64,000 bases of DNA from Candidatus Harrisonbacteria bacterium (lineage in GTDB: Bacteria > Patescibacteriota > Minisyncoccia > UBA6257 > 02-FULL-45-10c), in NCBI GenBank assembly GCA_016192685.1, contig JACPTS010000001.1, positions 33,412 to 97,411 of the forward strand. Direction: 5' to 3'. This document shows, piece after piece, positions 58,594 through 64,000 of this stretch (position 1 is the first letter of the stretch; every line of letters begins with the position of its first letter). The notes beneath the pieces are model-generated. The model was given only the letters and a program-made list of their open reading frames with translations, searched no databases and was not told the DNA's origin. The translations under genes and the position numbers were made by a program.

Positions 58594-59631
58594 TTATAAT
58601 TTTTTAATTTCTATTTTAAATTTATGCCATCTCGGATTTTCAAATTCACGCTTAGTTAAAATGCCCTCCGTGGCGCCGATATGTTCCACTACTGAAGTCG
58701 CATTGGCGCTGGCCAATCTTATCGCGTATTTAATCGCCTCAGACGAATAAGTCCTATCAGTCCTATCAGACTTATCTGTCCTATTGGGCTTATCCGCCCG
58801 ACTCATCAAGCCAGCCACAAATCCGGAGCCGAAAGAATCACCGGCGCCGGTGCGGTCCGCAACTCGTCTTTCTTTAAAAATTCCGGCTTTATATAAATAT
58901 TTTCCGTCAGAAACCGTAACGCCATTCGGGCCGTCGGTCACCGCCACAATGCCGGGAGTTAATTTATCCAGTTTTTTAAAAACTTCTTTTTCTTTATTAA
59001 ATGGAATCCCGACCAAATCCGCGGCTTCACCGGCGTTTAAAACCAAAAAAGCCAGATCTTTTAAATGAGCAAGAATTTCTTTTCTTTTATGCTGAATATG
59101 ATGCCCGCTCGGGTTAAAAGCCACCTTAATTTTATTTTTTCGCGCAAAAGCAAGGAGGATTCCTAAAAGTTTATCCGACTCGCCGGCCAGCGATAAATAC
59201 CACCAGCTAGCTTTTAATTTGCTCCAGGGAATATCTTCTTTAATCAGAGTATCGGAAGCGCCATGGTGCCCCAAAATCGTCCGTTCGCCTTTTTCCAATA
59301 AAAGAACCGAATAGGCAGTGGACTTTTCTTTTGACTTAGAAAATAACGACTGGACTTTTTCTTTTTTTAATCTTTCCGCGATTTCCCTGCCGGCCAAATC
59401 CTCTCCAACTTTTCCAAAACAAGCGGTTCGCAAATCTTGCCTCGCAAAAGTAACGCTGGCATTGGCAGAATTGCCGCCGATAGTTGAATAAACTTTTTTT
59501 ACTTCCAGCTTTTCACCGAATGGCAAAGCTATGGCTTTTCCGGAAGGCGCGCCGGAGTCATTGATAATCGGAAAATCCGATTCTAAAAAATTATCTCTGG
59601 TTACTGAACCAATAGTTATTACATCAAACAT
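58594..59631 (-). CDS. PfkB-family carbohydrate/nucleoside kinase
   Basis: GG motif (STIGGNSANA), DRTGAGDSFGSGFVAGL; contains 9-bp tandem repeats encoding DKPNRTDKSDRTDRT. Confidence 0.8.
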   Translation of the reverse strand: MFDVITIGSVTRDNFLESDFPIINDSGAPSGKAIALPFGEKLEVKKVYSTIGGNSANASVTFARQDLRTACFGKVGEDLAGREIAERLKKEKVQSLFSKSKEKSTAYSVLLLEKGERTILGHHGASDTLIKEDIPWSKLKASWWYLSLAGESDKLLGILLAFARKNKIKVAFNPSGHHIQHKRKEILAHLKDLAFLVLNAGEAADLVGIPFNKEKEVFKKLDKLTPGIVAVTDGPNGVTVSDGKYLYKAGIFKERRVADRTGAGDSFGSGFVAGLMSRADKPNRTDKSDRTDRTYSSEAIKYAIRLASANATSVVEHIGATEGILTKREFENPRWHKFKIEIKKL

Positions 59632-59666
59632 AGTCTAATAATAACACAAATAAAAAATCCGCTTTA

Positions 59667-60251
59667 TTATAAGCGGACGCCAGTTAAGGCAAAAAACAGC
59701 ATTCTAACTAAAGGAATAATCGGCAGGAGCGGTAAAATTATAAAGAGCAGCGCCATATAAAGCAGCGCGTTCGCCTCAATCTGCCAACGGACATTTTCCG
59801 GCAGCCATATGCCCCAAATCCTCCAGCCATCAAGCGGCGGAACCGGCAATAAGTTAAATACCCCAAGCATAAGATTAATAAAAACAATGTAGGTAATCAC
59901 TGCCGGAAGATATCCGCTCCCTAACGGCAAAAGCCTGAGCGCCAAACCGGCAGCCGTCGCCATCAGAAAATTAACCGCCACTCCCGCCAAGCTTACATAA
60001 ATAGTTTCTTTTTCATTCAATCTATCAAAATCCACCGGCACCGGCTTTGCCCAGCCGATAATCATTCCTCCCAGCAACATTCCCATTACCGGAATTAAAA
60101 TTGAACCGATAAGGTCAATGTGCGGAAGAGGATTTAAAGTCAAACGGCCGGCTCTTTGCGCGGTATCGTCGCCGAATTTCAAAGCCATCAATCCATGCGC
60201 CACCTCATGAAGAACAATTGAGAAAATAAAAATCGGAAGCAGAACCAGCAT
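59667..60251 (-). CDS. site-2 protease family (peptidase M50) membrane metalloprotease
   Basis: HEVAHG zinc motif, NLLPVPPLDG motif; 194 aa. Confidence 0.8.
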   Translation of the reverse strand: MLVLLPIFIFSIVLHEVAHGLMALKFGDDTAQRAGRLTLNPLPHIDLIGSILIPVMGMLLGGMIIGWAKPVPVDFDRLNEKETIYVSLAGVAVNFLMATAAGLALRLLPLGSGYLPAVITYIVFINLMLGVFNLLPVPPLDGWRIWGIWLPENVRWQIEANALLYMALLFIILPLLPIIPLVRMLFFALTGVRL

Positions 60252-60327
60252 TCTGGCCCCTTATTCAATTTTGCAATAGCTATAAAAAGCTTAAATTTTT
60301 AACCGCCGATTGTCAAACCCCGTCAAA

Positions 60328-61359
60328 CTACTTCTTTCTTTTTAAAACTTTTTTTACCGCGGCTTTTATATCTTTCACTCCCATGCCGTATTTTTCTATC
60401 AAATCCTTCGGCGGCCCGGATTCGCCAAAAATATTCTGCAGGCCGATAAATTCCATCGGCACGGGTAAATTTTTCGCCAGCAGCTCGGCAACGGCGCCGC
60501 CAAGCCCTCCCAAAACCTGATGCTCCTCCACCGTAACTGCCGCGCCGCAAGTTTCCGCAACTTCCAAAATAGTTTTTTCGTCTAAAGGTTTAATCGTATG
60601 GCAATTAACCACATAAGCGCCGATTCCTTCTTCATCCAGTTCTTTTGCGGCCAGAAGCGCGTAATGCACTAACGAACCGCAGCCGATTATCGCCACTTGC
60701 GGATTTTTCTTACGGCTGCCCTTTCCGGCCGACTCCCAAAAAATTTCCGCTTTTCCCGGCGTAAAAGGCGTTTCTTCCGTAGTAAGTACCGGCATTTTCT
60801 CGCGGCCGAATCGCAGATAAACCGGACCCCAAATTTTAGCGGCGGCCATAGTGGCTTTTTTCGCTTCAATCGCGTCGCAAGGAACAATTACTTTCATATT
60901 CGCCATCACCCGCATCGTGGCAATATCCTCAATCGCCTGATGAGTGGCTCCATCCGGGCCAACGGAAATTCCGGCATGGGCGCCGGCAATTTTCACATTA
61001 GAATCGTTGTAGGAAATAGTAGTCCGAATCTGTTCCCAGTTCCGGCCAGGGGAAAAAGTCGCGTAAGAAGAAATAAACGGAATTTTCCCGCTTACTCCCA
61101 AACCAGAAGCAATCGTCGCCAAATTTTGTTCCGCGACTCCGACTTCAAAAAACCGTTCGGGAAATTTTTTAGAAAAAGCTTCCGAACGGGTAGATTCAGT
61201 TAAATCTGCGCAAAGCACTACTACATTAGAATTTTGGTCTCCGGCAATTACTAAACCTTCGCCATAACCGTCACGAGTCGCCCGCTGTTCAATATCTTTA
61301 TCAAAAATTTTAGAACTTAACTTTACTTTAGAATTAAGCATGCTCAAAAATTTACTCAT
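60328..61359 (-). CDS. transketolase, C-terminal (pyrimidine-binding) subunit
   Basis: FEVGVAEQNLATIASGL, HAGISVGPDGATHQAIEDIA. Confidence 0.85.
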   Translation of the reverse strand: MSKFLSMLNSKVKLSSKIFDKDIEQRATRDGYGEGLVIAGDQNSNVVVLCADLTESTRSEAFSKKFPERFFEVGVAEQNLATIASGLGVSGKIPFISSYATFSPGRNWEQIRTTISYNDSNVKIAGAHAGISVGPDGATHQAIEDIATMRVMANMKVIVPCDAIEAKKATMAAAKIWGPVYLRFGREKMPVLTTEETPFTPGKAEIFWESAGKGSRKKNPQVAIIGCGSLVHYALLAAKELDEEGIGAYVVNCHTIKPLDEKTILEVAETCGAAVTVEEHQVLGGLGGAVAELLAKNLPVPMEFIGLQNIFGESGPPKDLIEKYGMGVKDIKAAVKKVLKRKK

Positions 61360-61407
61360 AGGTCCAATAAGACTTATCAGACCTATTATGAAAATTCTCG
61401 AGAATTA

Positions 61408-61678
61408 GGAATCTATTTTAATAATAATTCCCTAACGCGATACTAGCCAATTTTGGCTAGGACAAGGCGCAAGGAGGAAATCGCAGCTTAAGCTGCCTTT
61501 CCGACGAGCAACGCAGTCATAGACAAAATTGGCTGTATCCCTTTGGGTTGTCGCTAAAATGAATTATCTCTGTGTCGTTCCTCCTCGAGGTAGCTATGGC
61601 TACGATCTCGTCGTCACTCCTTGAGCTAATTCATTTTAGCTGACAACGCGTTGGTGAATTTTTATTAAAATAGATTCC
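61408..61678. repeat. ~270-bp TIR-bounded structured element, paralogue of the 16S IVS (38171..38459)
   Basis: terminal inverted repeats ggaatctattttaataa / ttattaaaatagattcc; core caaggcgcaaggaggaaatcgcag...cctttccgacgagcaacgcag matches the IVS core with compensatory hairpin changes. Confidence 0.6.
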
Positions 61679-61680
61679 CC

Positions 61681-61929
61681 CTACATTCCTCCTTTTTCTT
61701 CTGCCGAACACATTCCGCAGTTGCCGCAATGGGATTTTTTACCTAAAGCAAGGACGCCCAAAACTAAAGCGTTCCAATACCAGGCAAGCGGCTCAAGGCC
61801 CCAAACTAAATTTTTCTGCCATACTGCTAACCAAGCCAGCGCAAGTGATGCCGCCGCCGCCAGCCATAAAACATGGCCAAGAAGCGGCCGCCAGCAGCAA
61901 TGCCAGTGCCATTTTCCGTGATTCATCAT
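61681..61929 (-). CDS. small membrane protein with C-terminal CGNCGMC motif (paralogue of 39584..39805)
   Basis: LVWGLEPLAWYWNALVLGVL block; stop codon abuts the TIR element. Confidence 0.45.
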   Translation of the reverse strand: MMNHGKWHWHCCWRPLLGHVLWLAAAASLALAWLAVWQKNLVWGLEPLAWYWNALVLGVLALGKKSHCGNCGMCSAEEKGGM

Positions 61930-62006
61930 AAAAAAATTATAAAATCTTAATTTTTACGACCTTTTTCGTCAACAAAATAACTAATTATTATTATAACAAA
62001 TCTGCT

Positions 62007-62870
62007 TTATTGATGCTCGCTTTTAATCTGCCCGCCAAGCGTCCGCAATTCCACCAGCGCCTTTTTTGCCTCATCTGGTGTTGGCGGTTTGCCATGCCAT
62101 TCAAAACGATTTTCCATAAAACTGACTCCTTTCCCGGGAACTGTATGCGCGATAATCACGGTTGGTTTTTCATAAATGGCTTTTGCTTCATTCACTGCGG
62201 AAATAAAAGCGGCAATGTCATGACCGCCAACTTCAATCACGTGCCAATTAAAAGATTCATATTTTTCCCGCAATGGCTCAAGCGGCATTACTTCTTCGGT
62301 AAAACCGTCAATCTGGATATTATTCCGGTCCATAATTACGGTAAGATTATTTAATTTGGATTTTTGCTTGCCGGCAAACATAATCGCTTCCCAAGTATTA
62401 CCCTCTTCATGTTCACCGTCAGAAGTAAGGCAATACACGCGGGATTTTTTCTTATCCAGCCGAGCGGCGAGCGCCATACCGATAGCTTGCGAAATCCCGG
62501 AGCCGAGCGGCCCGGAAGTAGTTTCCAAACCTGGTAGAGAATTTCGGTGGGGGTGCCCCTGCAGCCGAGAATTTATTTTCCGAAGCGTAAAAAGTTCTTC
62601 CATCGGAAAATATCCGGCATTGGCAAGCGCCGCGTAAAGCACCGGGCAAATATGGCCGTTGGAAACCACTACTCTGTCCCTATCCGGCCAGCCGGGGTTT
62701 TTCGGGTCGTGATTTAAAATATGAAAGTAAAGCGCGGTAAAAATATCCGCCATCCCAAGCGGTCCGGCTGAATGCCCGGATTTTGCCTCAACCAGCATCT
62801 CAATAATATCTTGTCTAATCTTGTTAGACATCTCCTCTAAAAACTGCAATTTTTTCTCGTGAAGCTCCAT
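62007..62870 (-). CDS. transketolase, N-terminal (TPP-binding) subunit
   Basis: GHSAGPLGMADIFTALYF, TSDGEHEEGNTWEA. Confidence 0.85.
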   Translation of the reverse strand: MELHEKKLQFLEEMSNKIRQDIIEMLVEAKSGHSAGPLGMADIFTALYFHILNHDPKNPGWPDRDRVVVSNGHICPVLYAALANAGYFPMEELFTLRKINSRLQGHPHRNSLPGLETTSGPLGSGISQAIGMALAARLDKKKSRVYCLTSDGEHEEGNTWEAIMFAGKQKSKLNNLTVIMDRNNIQIDGFTEEVMPLEPLREKYESFNWHVIEVGGHDIAAFISAVNEAKAIYEKPTVIIAHTVPGKGVSFMENRFEWHGKPPTPDEAKKALVELRTLGGQIKSEHQ

Positions 62871-63499
62871 TAAATATTTTTTAATTTAAGATACGCCTCT
62901 TTTGGATTTTTACTCCCCCAAATATACGACGCTGAAACTAATATATCCGCACCCACTTCTTTTATCTTTAAAGCATTTTCTAAATTCACTCCGCCGTCTA
63001 CTTCTATTTTAACATCTGGGAATTTTTGCCGCAAAGCTCTTATTTTTTCCAACTGATTTTCCTTAAATTTTTGGCCGGCCAGTCCCGGATTCACCGCTAA
63101 AATTAAAAAGCCGCTGGCATCGCCGGCATAACTAAACAAGCGCTCCACCGGCGTGTCCGGCTTAATCGCAAGAAAAAGTTCCGTGCCAAAAGCCACGCAT
63201 TTCATTTTCATAACATCTAAATCTCTCACTGATTCCAAATGAACAATAGCTCGTTTAACTTTAGCATCCAGCCACGCATCCAAAACCTCATCCGGATTTT
63301 GAACCATTAAATGAACTTCAAAATTTAGCTTGTAGCTTGAAGCTTGTAGCTCTTTAGAGTTATTCCACAGCTGATTTCGCGTAAATTGGCCGTTGGAAAC
63401 ATCAAGATGAGCCCATTCCGCGCCAAAATCCTGCGCAGTTTTTATTCTTTTCTCCACTTCTTTAAAATCGGTTTCGTTGATTGCTGGGATTACTTGCAT
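62870..63499 (-). CDS. rpe: ribulose-phosphate 3-epimerase
   Basis: HLDVSNGQF ... EVHLMV ... GGVN barrel motifs; contains heptamer repeat 63327..63354. Confidence 0.8.
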   Translation of the reverse strand: MQVIPAINETDFKEVEKRIKTAQDFGAEWAHLDVSNGQFTRNQLWNNSKELQASSYKLNFEVHLMVQNPDEVLDAWLDAKVKRAIVHLESVRDLDVMKMKCVAFGTELFLAIKPDTPVERLFSYAGDASGFLILAVNPGLAGQKFKENQLEKIRALRQKFPDVKIEVDGGVNLENALKIKEVGADILVSASYIWGSKNPKEAYLKLKNI

Positions 63500-63516
63500 A
63501 AATAAATTTTAACATA

Positions 63517-63667
63517 AAAGCGGGTAACTATCTTTCGTACGGCAACTACGGAGCTCCGAAAAGATTGGTTTTTCGCGAAGCGAAAATTTTCGGAGCGAGG
63601 CGTAGGAGCCGCTTGCCGCTGGAGCAAGCGGACTCCGGTGCCGATAGGAAGATGGTTACCCGCTTTT
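63517..63667 (+). repeat. structured repeat family 1, copy 3 (complete, with ~21-bp terminal inverted repeats aaagcgggtaac(t/c)atctt)
   Basis: cgtacggcaactacggagctccgaaaag...tttcgcgaagcgaaaattttcggagcgaggcgtag... Confidence 0.65.
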
Positions 63668-63676
63668 TTATAGCAA

Positions 63677-63699
63677 ATAAAAAACCCCGCAATTGCGGG
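63677..63699 (-). terminator. intrinsic terminator after gene 63701..63985
   Basis: cccgcaattgcggg hairpin followed by U-run on minus strand. Confidence 0.6.
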
Positions 63700-63700
63700 A

Positions 63701-63985
63701 TTAATAAAAAACTTTATTTGTAAATTCCAGCTTGGCGTCTCCAAAGCAATTCATCGTATAAACCGTTACCGAAGAATTCCGGGGGTTATTATGTTCAATC
63801 TCGTAATTAGCGCGCTCATAATCCCAACCTTCCAAAAGATACCGCAAGCCAATAATTGCCCGGCCATGGGAAACCACCGCAATTTTCACCGGCCCCAATT
63901 CACAGGGGAGTTCTCGAACTTTTTTTAAAAATAAACTCAATCTCCCTTCGGCTATCTGCAGAATGCTTTCGCCGCCAATCGGCAC
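63701..63985 (-). CDS. histidine-phosphatase (phosphoglycerate-mutase-like) family protein, C-terminal part (start beyond window end)
   Basis: VVSHGRAIIGL motif. Confidence 0.45.
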   Translation of the reverse strand: MPIGGESILQIAEGRLSLFLKKVRELPCELGPVKIAVVSHGRAIIGLRYLLEGWDYERANYEIEHNNPRNSSVTVYTMNCFGDAKLEFTNKVFY

Positions 63986-64000
63986 TCGTTCTAAAATCGG

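Noticed and set aside
60697-61203. 168-aa Arg-rich plus-strand ORF and 60323..60550/60687..60887 minus-strand ORFs
   Set aside because: Antisense or out-of-frame within the transketolase C-terminal subunit gene; Arg-rich low-complexity translation.

Overview
Low-GC bacterial chromosome segment. Its style (many small proteins, split transketolase, giant pilin-like proteins, a 3-kb intron-laden 16S gene, abundant structured intergenic repeats) suggests a Candidate Phyla Radiation / Patescibacteria-like organism; this is inference, not a database result. Contents in order: (1) copper-efflux cluster (cupredoxin-like protein, HMA-permease, CopA P-type ATPase, VKOR-like protein). (2) tRNA-Asn(GUU) with a ~10.9-kb integrative element behind it: large serine recombinase, RadC/JAB::Dam-methyltransferase fusion, second Dam-like methyltransferase, candidate restriction endonuclease, Mrr-like PD-(D/E)xK nuclease, GH19 endolysin-like protein and an Rx5H (HEPN-like) protein, bounded by 20-bp direct repeats of the tRNA 3' end. 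(3) Housekeeping genes (yqeY, rpsU, HIT, hisS, lepB, pth). (4) A type IV pilus locus (PilM/N fusion, PilB, PilC, major pilin, a 608-aa pilin-like NHL-repeat protein, a 502-aa pilin-like FN3 protein, CheY-like regulator). (5) A 16S rRNA gene on the minus strand spanning ~3 kb, with a ~1.2-kb intron-like insertion at the S788 site (with ORF), a ~290-nt IVS bounded by a 33-bp stem, a V1 expansion, and a 3' end that lacks the CCUCC anti-Shine-Dalgarno. (6) rpmE, an N-terminally truncated RF1, rplY, apt, fba. (7) A ~12-kb surface-protein cluster with cohesin-like and dockerin-like modules. (8) PfkB kinase, site-2 protease, split transketolase interrupted by a small insert, rpe. Several families of structured repeats with copy-specific, covarying terminal stems are scattered in intergenic regions, and one is inside the rRNA gene. 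No CRISPR array was seen.
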